A DNA stretch of 64,000 nucleotides from a virus. The position numbers and the translations under genes were made by a program. A model generated the notes under the pieces. It worked only from the letters and a program-made list of their open reading frames with translations. It made no database searches and was not told the DNA's origin. The number at the start of each line of letters is the position of its first letter. The first letter of the stretch is position 1. This document shows, one piece after another, positions 40,053 through 49,078 of this stretch. The DNA lies in IMG/VR virus record IMGVR_UViG_3300045988_087758, one strand, 5' to 3'.

Positions 40053-40562
40053 CATCGCAATCAAGAAACAACGCGATTACTTCTAAGCAGAGAATCCTGT
40101 TATATCTATATTGCAGCTAGCCACCTGCGATGCTACGACGCTGCCAAAGGTGGAGGGGAGAAATGACGGCAAAGTGACTTGTCCTTTGTGTACGCAGCCC
40201 ACGGCACTCGCTAAAATGCAAGCGTGCAAAGTAAGCGAGGATAAACAAAAAGCTATAAATTGTATATCTCAAAAAACCGAATGAGAATAAACGTATCGGA
40301 GTTGCTAGTAACTCAAACTAGTAGTAACAATTATAAAATGGTTATCCCTTTATAAAGAATGTAGCTGCAAAGTACATTTTATATTCAGCGTTGAAACATC
40401 TTAAAGTGAGTAGCGAAAAGTTAGAGTAGCGAAATGAGATAGATGATAAATGAAAACCAAAGAAATATATACCCATACTAGATGCAGGCGAAAACATCGG
40501 CTTTTCTGCAAGTTCGAGTCTTGCAAAGGGAACAAATTAGTAACTTAAAATTTTAAAGCAAT

Positions 40563-40997
40563 ATGATGTACAATGAATTTATTGAGCGTGTAGGAATGGA
40601 AGTATCATCTTCTGAGTTTGAAATTATCAACAATATGTATATGCTTGCAGATGTTGACAAAGATACATTTTGCAAGTTGTGGGCAAAAATGAACTTTGCA
40701 AGAATCAAGACTGCAAAGGAACAAAAAGCAAAGGAGGAAAAGGAGGCAAAGGCTATCGAATATATCACAAAGGTATATAATAAGCTATCCACAAAGTTAA
40801 ACAAAGATTTTATGGTTAACTTTAATATGTTAGCTATCCACGTTATCGGTTCGGCATCTTACAAGAAATTAGTAGATGCTATGCACGTATGCGGCATTAT
40901 TGAGATTGATGAGTATTGTCCACTCGGTCATTATGTATCAACTCTGGACAACTCTATAAATGAGTATTGGGATAAGGTAGCCGAAAAGCATATTTAA
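40563..40997 (+). CDS. hypothetical protein
   Basis: 144-aa ORF, first of the rightward block, followed by an 8-bp hairpin (41006-41030). Confidence 0.5.
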   Translation: MMYNEFIERVGMEVSSSEFEIINNMYMLADVDKDTFCKLWAKMNFARIKTAKEQKAKEEKEAKAIEYITKVYNKLSTKLNKDFMVNFNMLAIHVIGSASYKKLVDAMHVCGIIEIDEYCPLGHYVSTLDNSINEYWDKVAEKHI

Positions 40998-41142
40998 ACA
41001 AAAAACCCACTACCTTAAAAAAGTAGTGGGCGAATCAAGTTAAAAGAAAAACTAATAACTTGGATTACTTCTAAGCGGTTGCAAAGTTATTAGTTTTTTC
41101 CGAATTAGCAAAATTAATTAGTAACTTTTAAATATTTTAGGT

Positions 41143-41352
41143 ATGAAATTAGAAAATGCATGGTACAATTTTATCACTGAGAATAATATTGCTACCGAGA
41201 ATGAGGTTAATTTGGTAACTGATATTAGCGGTTATTCAGAAAGTACGTTTTTGGCTATCGTATACGCTCGTACTGGATATAGAAGTTATGAGCAGTTATT
41301 GGATGATGGCTATCTAGCAAATGAGAAATTAAGCGAGTATTACGATATTTAA
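41143..41352 (+). CDS. hypothetical protein
   Basis: 69-aa ORF, co-oriented and packed. No family recognised. Confidence 0.4.
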   Translation: MKLENAWYNFITENNIATENEVNLVTDISGYSESTFLAIVYARTGYRSYEQLLDDGYLANEKLSEYYDI

Positions 41353-41369
41353 TATTGGAGGGCTGTAAT

Positions 41370-41678
41370 ATGGTAGTTTTTGAGAAATTGTCTTTGAACG
41401 CACAAAGAATGGTATTGTACGTAAACAATACACGTGAATTTTACGATATTAAGTGTAAAATAACAAAGGTTATTGAAGAGTATCTGAAAGCTAACAAATT
41501 TGTTAGTGTTGTTAGATTAATGAATGATGATACTTTGAAAGATTTAGTTTTCAAGTCTGCAAAGTATCATTTCAAGCATGATGGAGAAATGCCAACTCAA
41601 AAAGAAAGAAAGCAGGCTTGTGCTTATCTCGCTTGTGCAATAATCAATACGGCAAAGGATAATTTGGAATTAAACTAA
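41370..41678 (+). CDS. hypothetical protein
   Basis: The track ORF 41355.. begins at a TTG. The ATG at 41370 is preceded by attggagggctgtaat, and the same leader (aattggagggctatat) precedes the next gene. Confidence 0.45.
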   Translation: MVVFEKLSLNAQRMVLYVNNTREFYDIKCKITKVIEEYLKANKFVSVVRLMNDDTLKDLVFKSAKYHFKHDGEMPTQKERKQACAYLACAIINTAKDNLELN

Positions 41679-41692
41679 TTGGAGGGCTATAT

Positions 41693-41929
41693 ATGAAAAA
41701 GTTAGAATGGTACAATTTAAAGGCTTGCAAAGAAACTAGAGTGCAGACTCTTATTGCAGCAGGTTTTAACCTTAAAACAGATTTTTTCCGTTTGGATAGT
41801 CGCAAACTATCTATTTTATGCGAGTGCATGAAAGCGGATGGCTACAGATACGATTCTCCGCTTGGTCGTTCACGTTCGCAGTCTTATTGGTATAGCTTGC
41901 AGAGTGTTTTTGATAGAATGAACAAGTAA
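41693..41929 (+). CDS. hypothetical protein
   Basis: 78-aa ORF, followed by a 10-bp hairpin at 41938-41971. Confidence 0.4.
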   Translation: MKKLEWYNLKACKETRVQTLIAAGFNLKTDFFRLDSRKLSILCECMKADGYRYDSPLGRSRSQSYWYSLQSVFDRMNK

Positions 41930-41988
41930 TAACAATAACCTTTGCACTCGCTTATTTGTGGGTGCAAAGGTACAAATAATATAAGGAT

Positions 41989-42339
41989 ATGAAGAATATT
42001 AGGATTTTACGCATTATTGATATTTTGGCGGTTGAATTAGGAGATTTACGTAATATGTTAGAGTCTGCTTGTCGTGCATTTGTTGAGGGCAAAGTAAACG
42101 GCTACATTACCCGAAAGCGAGTACAAAAGTTAAATGAACGTTTTAAAGTAATCACAAAGCGTATTGTTTTCTTAAATGATGCAGTAAAAGACCATTACGC
42201 AAAGGGTGACAATTACTTTTTGAACACTTCAAAAGAAAGCATTAATAAAGATTATTCTAGCTCTTTAAATATGATTAATTGGGTATTATTTAATGCTTGC
42301 AGTTCACACGGATGGCTTAATAGTTTGATTAAAGATTAA
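41989..42339 (+). CDS. hypothetical protein
   Basis: 116-aa ORF, co-oriented. Confidence 0.4.
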   Translation: MKNIRILRIIDILAVELGDLRNMLESACRAFVEGKVNGYITRKRVQKLNERFKVITKRIVFLNDAVKDHYAKGDNYFLNTSKESINKDYSSSLNMINWVLFNACSSHGWLNSLIKD

Positions 42340-42346
42340 TTTGGAT

Positions 42347-42439
42347 ATGGATATAACAATACCTTTCGTTTTTAGCCTTATTAGTTACGTACTGGGGCTA
42401 ATAATTGGCAAGAATTGGAATAAGTACGTAAAAGAGTAA
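42347..42439 (+). CDS. possible 30-aa membrane peptide
   Basis: My own translation: MDITIPFVFSLISYVLGLIIGKNWNKYVKE. Below the ORF-track size cut-off. Confidence 0.25.
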   Translation: MDITIPFVFSLISYVLGLIIGKNWNKYVKE

Positions 42440-42463
42440 ACAACCCTTTAAAACGCAAAGAAA

Positions 42464-42631
42464 ATGAGAAATACAGGCATAAAAGAATTATTAGAAAATA
42501 TTGGTAACTTCAATGGGTGGAGGGGTAATATTTGCCTTTATTTCACCAAAAAGGAAGTAAGAGAATTAAAGAAACTCTATGGAATAACAGAGGATATGGA
42601 TATAAGACAGGCTTTTTTAAAAGTAAATTAA
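42464..42631 (+). CDS. possible 55-aa protein
   Basis: My own translation: MRNTGIKELLENIGNFNGWRGNICLYFTKKEVRELKKLYGITEDMDIRQAFLKVN. It fills a gap in the operon. Confidence 0.3.
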   Translation: MRNTGIKELLENIGNFNGWRGNICLYFTKKEVRELKKLYGITEDMDIRQAFLKVN

Positions 42632-42723
42632 ATATATTGGTAAGGTGCAAAGATAGTCGGTATCTCTAGACTGTTCGATTCAGTTTGCACCACAAAATAA
42701 GTAACATTTAAAATTTAGGTAAT

Positions 42724-43002
42724 ATGAAAGATTTAAAGAAATTAGCATTAATACTCCGTGCTTTGGGTATTAATGCAAATGTAGAAAGCGAGCCGATTTA
42801 TTTTGGCAGCGAGTTAATTAGCGACAATACATTCTGCATTTGTCGCAAAGGTGGTGTGCGCTTTAATGTTTGGCTAGAAAATGATTATTTTGAGCTGCAT
42901 TTTTACCATAAAGATACACTTATATTTGATGGCTTGTATTTAAAAAATCTCATTCAGGTAGTAAATGAAATAACTGGTACTATCTCTAAGTTTGAGGGTT
43001 AA
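42724..43002 (+). CDS. hypothetical protein
   Basis: 92-aa ORF. Confidence 0.4.
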   Translation: MKDLKKLALILRALGINANVESEPIYFGSELISDNTFCICRKGGVRFNVWLENDYFELHFYHKDTLIFDGLYLKNLIQVVNEITGTISKFEG

Positions 43003-43103
43003 ATAATAGTGTGTGCGCCCTTATCTTTTCCCTTTGGTACACTTTATCAAGTGGGAAAAGATAAGGCTATATAGAGTAAATAAACGGCTAAATTTAGAAA
43101 GTT

Positions 43104-43316
43104 ATGAATAAATATAATAACTACACAAATGAACTGAAACGTATTGGAGTGCCTAATTATGATGGTAAACAGTACGAAGAATATTTTAAAGAGATTGCAA
43201 CCTCTTATGTACTTTGCAACCTTACAGGAAGGCAAATGGCATATGTGGCTGTAAAGATGGCAGCACAAAAAGAATTTGGTTTTAATGAGTGTATGAAAGA
43301 GTTTGATATTGCTTAA
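43104..43316 (+). CDS. hypothetical protein
   Basis: 70-aa ORF. Confidence 0.4.
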   Translation: MNKYNNYTNELKRIGVPNYDGKQYEEYFKEIATSYVLCNLTGRQMAYVAVKMAAQKEFGFNECMKEFDIA

Positions 43317-43399
43317 AAGTTACTATAGCCGTGTGCGGTTAATGACCGCCTCCAAAAGCGAGATTTGGCACGGCACAAATTTAAAAAGACAACTTGGAT

Positions 43400-43645
43400 A
43401 TGGGAACAAAGGAAAAAATAGAGAATTGGTTGGAGGCTGAATATAATAGCCTTCACTTGGAACATATAAGCGAGCAAAAAGAAAGCGAGTTAAAAGATAG
43501 ATTTATTCGCTTTTATTGCAAGTTTGATAAACGTCTGATACGTATCAAGCGTGAAAAGATAAGCGTATCACCGATTGAAAATGGTGGTGTGCGATTGTCT
43601 TTGGTAGCTTGGGGAAAATGCTACGGACAATTTTATGAAGTGTAA
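43400..43645 (+). CDS. hypothetical protein
   Basis: The track ORF 43394.. begins at a TTG. The first ATG is at 43400. Confidence 0.4.
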   Translation: MGTKEKIENWLEAEYNSLHLEHISEQKESELKDRFIRFYCKFDKRLIRIKREKISVSPIENGGVRLSLVAWGKCYGQFYEV

Positions 43646-43664
43646 CTTTTAAACAATTGGATAT

Positions 43665-45950
43665 ATGAGTGACAAAGAAATGAATTTGGCTATCTTAAAC
43701 AAGTTGTATGAGATAGCCGATAAGGTTTTTAATGAGGGTGTAAATGTAAAAGAAGGCAATTACACCGCATCAGATTTGGCAAAGATGAAGGATAGCGCAT
43801 TTAAGGATGGCTATTTGAAGACTGAAAAGAAATCATATAAGAATGAGTGTAATAAGCAAGTAGAGAAAGATTGTTTTATTGCACCGATGGCGAGCGTAAA
43901 CGTACTATCTTTTGTGTGTTCCTTCTGTGTAGTTCAAATCTTTGCATTGGTAGCTAAGTTTGAAAAGTTAGCTAGCATTGGTAGCAAGAAAAGAATGTTT
44001 ATAAAGCAGAAAGATAATAATGAAGTACTTTGCACCGTGAAAGTACTTATCAACAAATACTACTCTAAGTTATCTTTGCATTGTGCGAATGACGATTTGC
44101 GCCCTATTATGAGAAATGTATGCTTGGATATTAGAAACGGAAGGGCAGCCGCTAGCGATGGTCACACGATGATGATTAAAGGATTGGATGTGGTAAGCAC
44201 GGAACATTTCACATACGATTACAATTTGCCTTTAGTAAATGGTAAAGACTTCAAAAAGATGTGCTCATTAGCCAAGTCTGGCAGTACTCTTACTTGTAAG
44301 TTGGTACGTGAACCAAACGGCAATACATATTGGGTATCTGAATGTTGTGGATATTACTCTAAGACTGAGGCAAACAGATACGTAAATTACTCTTCTGTAT
44401 TACCTAAGATTAATACTGATAATCTTTGCACCATCAACGAAAAGACTTGGAAGGGCATTTCTAAATGGTTGAAGAAAAACAAAGGTTTTAACTCTATCGG
44501 TTTAGTAATAATCAAGCATAAAGAAAATGATAATCGTATTACATTCACAATTAACGGAATGTATGATAATCATGATGGTATTGAGATTTCTTGCGAGTGC
44601 GAAAACATACCAAACAAGAATTTTGCGATTGGATTAAAGATTGATAGTCTGCTGAGATTTGAAAACTTCAATTTTACACTTGGAAGATATGCTAATGAAG
44701 CTTTGGTATATGTAGGTAGTTTGGAAGTTGGTATGATGATGCCGATATATATTGATGATGAGTATGACGGATTCAAACTATCTGATGGCTACATTGGTGC
44801 ATACGATTATTGTGGCTTTGCGGAATCTTTTGATATGCCTACAAATGAGCCTACAGAAGACGTTATTCCTGCAAAGGTGGATAATGTTACAACTGAGGAA
44901 AAAGAGTGCGCTACAGAGGATAAAACAGAGCAAACAGATTTCAAGCGAGATATAACATCAAAGATTATCATTTGCGGCATTCCATCTTATTATAAGGGTA
45001 GCGCACCTGCAAAGGATGTTGCAGAAACAAAGGTTGATGCACCCGATGCACCTGCAAAGATAGTACCATTGGATAAGCATAGCAATAAATTTAGCTTTGA
45101 TGCTATCGGTGTAAATGTAGGCGATGCACTTACCTTCATTGATGGCACAAAGGTTATTGCAGCAGAAAACAATAAGATTATATTCTGTGGAGAACTGTTT
45201 ACATTGTCTGGATTCTGCAAAGAGTTTATGCCCGATGATAAGCGAACAAAGAGTAATTCCTATCGTGGATGCGCTTTCTTCTTTAAGGATGGTGTTAAAT
45301 TGGAAAAGCTATTCAAGGATGCGCAAAAGAAATCATTGGTATCAAGCAAAGAAGAGATTGCAGCCGTACCTGATGATACACCGAGCGAGCCGATTGATTG
45401 GCTAGGGAAGGTATTTATCGACTTCAAAAACAAGTTGGCATATAAAGTTGCTGGGTACAATACGATTAAATACCCTCATTACTTATATACAGAGATTAGA
45501 GCCGATGGGAGTTTTCTTTGGCACGGTGGAGCAGAGAAAAGCGAGTTTGAGGAAATGATTTCTCATTGTATGGTTATTGAATATACAGATGAGAATACCA
45601 TAATGGATGTGATTCATACATATTTGAATGATGTGCCAAATGAGCATCTAGCGAGCGAGAAATGCACCGAGCGGACAATTATACCATTGGCAAAGGAAAA
45701 CGCCTCAGAGCACAAAGAAACGGCATCAACCGCAAAGGTTGTGGCTATCTCCATCGGTGTTCCTTCATGCTTGGATATTCCACCGAACAATATGCGGTTG
45801 GATATTGCAGCAAACAAGCCGTTAAATGCGGCTGTAGGCGATTGTTTATGTGGTGTTGGCAAAGTAGTACATACGCTACCTTTGCCACCTCCACGGAGCA
45901 AAGGAATGAGTGAATTAATAACATATACAAACTTTTATAATACATCATAA
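43665..45950 (+). CDS. large protein with a sliding-clamp (DnaN)-like segment
   Basis: 761-aa ORF. LSLHCANDDLRPIMRNVCLDIRNGRAAASDGHTMMIKG resembles the RPIL..V.....G.L...ATDGHRL signature of beta-clamp domain 1. The rest was not recognised. Confidence 0.35.
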   Translation: MSDKEMNLAILNKLYEIADKVFNEGVNVKEGNYTASDLAKMKDSAFKDGYLKTEKKSYKNECNKQVEKDCFIAPMASVNVLSFVCSFCVVQIFALVAKFEKLASIGSKKRMFIKQKDNNEVLCTVKVLINKYYSKLSLHCANDDLRPIMRNVCLDIRNGRAAASDGHTMMIKGLDVVSTEHFTYDYNLPLVNGKDFKKMCSLAKSGSTLTCKLVREPNGNTYWVSECCGYYSKTEANRYVNYSSVLPKINTDNLCTINEKTWKGISKWLKKNKGFNSIGLVIIKHKENDNRITFTINGMYDNHDGIEISCECENIPNKNFAIGLKIDSLLRFENFNFTLGRYANEALVYVGSLEVGMMMPIYIDDEYDGFKLSDGYIGAYDYCGFAESFDMPTNEPTEDVIPAKVDNVTTEEKECATEDKTEQTDFKRDITSKIIICGIPSYYKGSAPAKDVAETKVDAPDAPAKIVPLDKHSNKFSFDAIGVNVGDALTFIDGTKVIAAENNKIIFCGELFTLSGFCKEFMPDDKRTKSNSYRGCAFFFKDGVKLEKLFKDAQKKSLVSSKEEIAAVPDDTPSEPIDWLGKVFIDFKNKLAYKVAGYNTIKYPHYLYTEIRADGSFLWHGGAEKSEFEEMISHCMVIEYTDENTIMDVIHTYLNDVPNEHLASEKCTERTIIPLAKENASEHKETASTAKVVAISIGVPSCLDIPPNNMRLDIAANKPLNAAVGDCLCGVGKVVHTLPLPPPRSKGMSELITYTNFYNTS

Positions 45951-45951
45951 A

Positions 45952-46176
45952 ATGAACGTAAATCAATTAAGAAAGGCTATCAAGGTAGCCAAAGCAGAAA
46001 GTAAGGTAATTTACATTGCTATCCATAATAGCCGTTTTCATATAGACTTCAATAATTGCAAGTATAGAGTAGACGGAACGAATGAGCTACTTATAATAAA
46101 CGATTCGTTTCTTAAAGATACTATCATCTTGGATATTCATCAAATAATGTTTATCGAAACAAATTTTAAACATTAA
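45952..46176 (+). CDS. hypothetical protein
   Basis: 74-aa ORF abutting the previous stop codon. Confidence 0.4.
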   Translation: MNVNQLRKAIKVAKAESKVIYIAIHNSRFHIDFNNCKYRVDGTNELLIINDSFLKDTIILDIHQIMFIETNFKH

Positions 46177-46181
46177 TCAAT

Positions 46182-46532
46182 ATGGAAAATACAATAACAA
46201 AAAAAGAGGCACTGGAATATATTAAGCAGAATATCGGTAGGTGCAATTTATCTAGTTTTAATGTAGGAGCAACTTACGTTGATGATGCAAAAACAGAACT
46301 TAGTACTATATTCTTCATTCGTGGGTATGTTATCACAGAGGAAATAGAGTTTCGTGAGCATCAGAATATTCCTTGCTTTAAGTTTCCTCATGTATCACCT
46401 GCTTATATGGATATACATGCAGAATATACATCTGAAAGTATATGGGGTTTAGGTACATTTGAATATTTCTATCTAACCAAATCAAACTTAGATGTATTGT
46501 TAGATTTTATAAGAATAATCACTTCAAAATAG
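46182..46532 (+). CDS. hypothetical protein
   Basis: 116-aa ORF. Confidence 0.4.
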   Translation: MENTITKKEALEYIKQNIGRCNLSSFNVGATYVDDAKTELSTIFFIRGYVITEEIEFREHQNIPCFKFPHVSPAYMDIHAEYTSESIWGLGTFEYFYLTKSNLDVLLDFIRIITSK

Positions 46533-46548
46533 TAGGATGGGTTAAGCT

Positions 46549-46806
46549 ATGAAAGTATATGTAGTTATCAATTCACACCAGCATGGACTGGGTGAGGCGG
46601 TTGAGGTTGATGCAGAAGTATTCTCAACCAGAGACAAGGCTAGAAAAGCGATGGAAGATAAAGGTCTGAACACATTGGAAAGCTATAAGCATTCATTGGA
46701 TTGTGACGATTTCCAAATCAGCGTATCAGGCTCATTCTATCATATCTCAGACAACGAAGGTGAGACGTGGGATAATTTCGATATTGTAGAACAAGAATTA
46801 AAATAA
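46549..46806 (+). CDS. hypothetical protein
   Basis: 85-aa ORF. Confidence 0.4.
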   Translation: MKVYVVINSHQHGLGEAVEVDAEVFSTRDKARKAMEDKGLNTLESYKHSLDCDDFQISVSGSFYHISDNEGETWDNFDIVEQELK

Positions 46807-46813
46807 TAAGACT

Positions 46814-47347
46814 ATGAAGAAGTACGTAGTAGAAATTGTTGAGAAAGTCACCTACAAGGTAGATGTGGATACATCATCACCCGAAGACGCAGAGAATGCT
46901 GCAAGAGCAATGTACGATAGTGGTATGTTGGAAGGAGAGGGCGAGTTAGAAAATGTTTCTTTTGATGTAGAAGCCAATGATGGTATCACTGAAGTAACAA
47001 ATACTTCACACAATGGAATTAACGATAAAGACTTTTGCCCTGATGAGTTAGTAAGAGATTTATTTAATGGCGGACAATACGCTTGGAACAAAGACAATAC
47101 AGAAATGGTTGGATTTGTCGGAAACGAGCCAGTATTGGTACGCCAAGAAACCTACAACAAATTGTTGGTTAGATTCCTTGGCGGTGTTTGGTGTCCTAAA
47201 GTTGTCGAGAATTGGGTAAGAACAGTTGAACGTAATAAGAATAAAGATATAGAAAACGTAAATGATTCTTATATGTTTGGAGTGATTGAGAATGACCGTA
47301 AACATAAAAGTAGCGATTTTCATGTTTCATTTTATTATCGTGGATAA
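46814..47347 (+). CDS. hypothetical protein
   Basis: 177-aa ORF. Confidence 0.45.
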   Translation: MKKYVVEIVEKVTYKVDVDTSSPEDAENAARAMYDSGMLEGEGELENVSFDVEANDGITEVTNTSHNGINDKDFCPDELVRDLFNGGQYAWNKDNTEMVGFVGNEPVLVRQETYNKLLVRFLGGVWCPKVVENWVRTVERNKNKDIENVNDSYMFGVIENDRKHKSSDFHVSFYYRG

Positions 47348-47403
47348 TAAATAGCAGAAAGTGACGTTTTAAGTAATAAGAGATAGGATAGGAGATAGGA
47401 GAA

Positions 47404-48465
47404 ATGAAGACAACAGAAATCATGAATGCAGGTGGCACATCTGTAAAATACGACATCGTGAACATCGGCTGTAAGGATTGCCCTTATTGCATGATGGCGG
47501 AAGGTCACTACCTTTGCCGTTCAGACAAAAGCTGCAACGCAAAGGCAAACATGACCGATGATGATGAGCCAAAGCAGAAAGTAATAATATACAGTCGTGT
47601 CTCTACTGAAAAGCAGACATTGGAGCAGCAGGAAAGAACAATAAACGAATGGTTGAATTGTCACAATCTGAAAGCTACTCACGAAGTGAAGGAGGAAGGA
47701 GTATCGGGTAAGGTATCTTATAAGGATAGAAACCTTGGTAAGGTAGTGTTGCCGATGCTTGATAAAGGTGATATACTTATTGTGTCAGAGGTCAGCCGTA
47801 TCGGTCGTTCCATGAGCGACATCAACAAGTTTGTAAACGACGAACTGAAACCACGTGGCGTGCGCTTGGTTATCGTTCAGATGGGTATTGACCTTGATTG
47901 CAGCCATCTGAAAGCGATAGACGAAATGCTACTGTTCGCATTCTCATTCTCGGCACAGATGGAGCGTGAACTCATACAGGAGCGAACACAGAGCGCATTG
48001 GAAGTACGCAAGCAGAAGTTGGCACAAGACGGAGAATTTATCTCAAAGTCTGGTAAGGTCGTTAAGAAGTTGGGCAGACCTAGAAAATGTGACTTATCAA
48101 ATGCACAGAAGGCTGCATCGGAAAAGCGCAAGAAAGAGGCTGCTGAGAAACCTTGCAACAAGGCTATATGGAATGTGGTTAAGAAGTGTACCAATGACTT
48201 CACTGAATTGACTACACCTAACTTTGCGGATGCAGCTATGATGTTGCAGCAGATGGGCGTTTATTCGTCCACTGGAAAGGTATTAACCAAAGAACTGGTA
48301 AGAAGTGCGTACTACAACTTACGTTCAGTCTATGGCAGTCAGGTTTATTTCAGACGCGGTTCTGCAAACTATCGTGTAATGCGAGAAAAGGGTATGACTG
48401 ACGAGGATATTCAGCAGTATTACAAGGAACTGAATAACAACAACAATAATACAGAGGAGGAATAG
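47404..48465 (+). CDS. small serine recombinase (resolvase/invertase family) with Cys-rich N-terminal extension
   Basis: 353-aa ORF. VIIYSRVSTEKQTLEQQ (catalytic Ser context), ...GVSGK...DILIVSEVSRIGRS...LVIVQ. N-terminal CKDCPYC...C....C. Confidence 0.8.
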   Translation: MKTTEIMNAGGTSVKYDIVNIGCKDCPYCMMAEGHYLCRSDKSCNAKANMTDDDEPKQKVIIYSRVSTEKQTLEQQERTINEWLNCHNLKATHEVKEEGVSGKVSYKDRNLGKVVLPMLDKGDILIVSEVSRIGRSMSDINKFVNDELKPRGVRLVIVQMGIDLDCSHLKAIDEMLLFAFSFSAQMERELIQERTQSALEVRKQKLAQDGEFISKSGKVVKKLGRPRKCDLSNAQKAASEKRKKEAAEKPCNKAIWNVVKKCTNDFTELTTPNFADAAMMLQQMGVYSSTGKVLTKELVRSAYYNLRSVYGSQVYFRRGSANYRVMREKGMTDEDIQQYYKELNNNNNNTEEE

Positions 48466-48610
48466 GTTATGGCATTCTTAATAGCAATTTGGCTAATCGG
48501 CACATTGTTCGATTGCGCTATGGGCAGAAATAAAGATTAAAATTTCTGCCATACACACAATATAATGACGCATATTGCGTTATCTTTTGAAAATAATATA
48601 AATATCAAAT

Positions 48611-48632
48611 AGCCCTACGCACCACGGGTAAG
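48611..48632 (+). repeat. 22-nt direct repeat, copy 1
   Basis: agccctacgcaccacgggtaag. 18/22 identical to copy 2 at 48776-48797. Confidence 0.7.
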
Positions 48633-48775
48633 CGATGGTTATGGTCATTGTTTTGATATTGACGAAAGCTATTGTGAAGACTTAGGCATTGATGTTCCAA
48701 CTTGGGATGATGAAGAGCCGATAGAAGTTGAAATCGACATTCATATTAGCAAGCACGAAGAATAACAATACATTC

Positions 48776-48797
48776 AGCCCTCGACACCACGGTTAAG
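48776..48797 (+). repeat. 22-nt direct repeat, copy 2
   Basis: agccctcgacaccacggttaag, 10 nt upstream of the ATG at 48807. Confidence 0.7.
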
Positions 48798-48806
48798 TCA
48801 TAAATT

Positions 48807-49073
48807 ATGAAGAAATATCAGATTTATTACAACAACACCGTTGAAATAAACAATGTTGCAGAGTTTGATACACTTGAACAGGCGATGGTGTATTGCAACG
48901 AGAACACAAAGGGATATGACCCTGTTTTCGCCGAAGACAATTGCTGGGAGGGTTGTAGCAACAACTTCCACTATGAAGTCTATGATGGAGTTAAGGAAAT
49001 CCTAGATGAGGATGGTGATGTTGTTGATTTCAAAGACCCAGTTTACGAGACAGCGAAGTTTTATTGTGATTAA
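48807..49073 (+). CDS. hypothetical acidic protein
   Basis: 88-aa ORF. Confidence 0.45.
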   Translation: MKKYQIYYNNTVEINNVAEFDTLEQAMVYCNENTKGYDPVFAEDNCWEGCSNNFHYEVYDGVKEILDEDGDVVDFKDPVYETAKFYCD

Positions 49074-49078
49074 CTAAT

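Larger units (their letters stand above)
38684..40562. other. ~1.9-kb ORF-poor, AT-rich control / possible origin region
   Basis: No convincing ORF: the track ORFs here are low-complexity F/L/C/K-rich. It separates divergent operons and contains A-tracts, short iteron-like repeats and several promoter-like boxes. Confidence 0.55.

Noticed and set aside
39263-40120. Four 64-86-aa ORFs in the 38.7-40.6 kb region
   Set aside because: They translate A/T-tracts into poly-F/K/L low-complexity strings, overlap each other on both strands, and lack plausible starts. The region is treated as non-coding.
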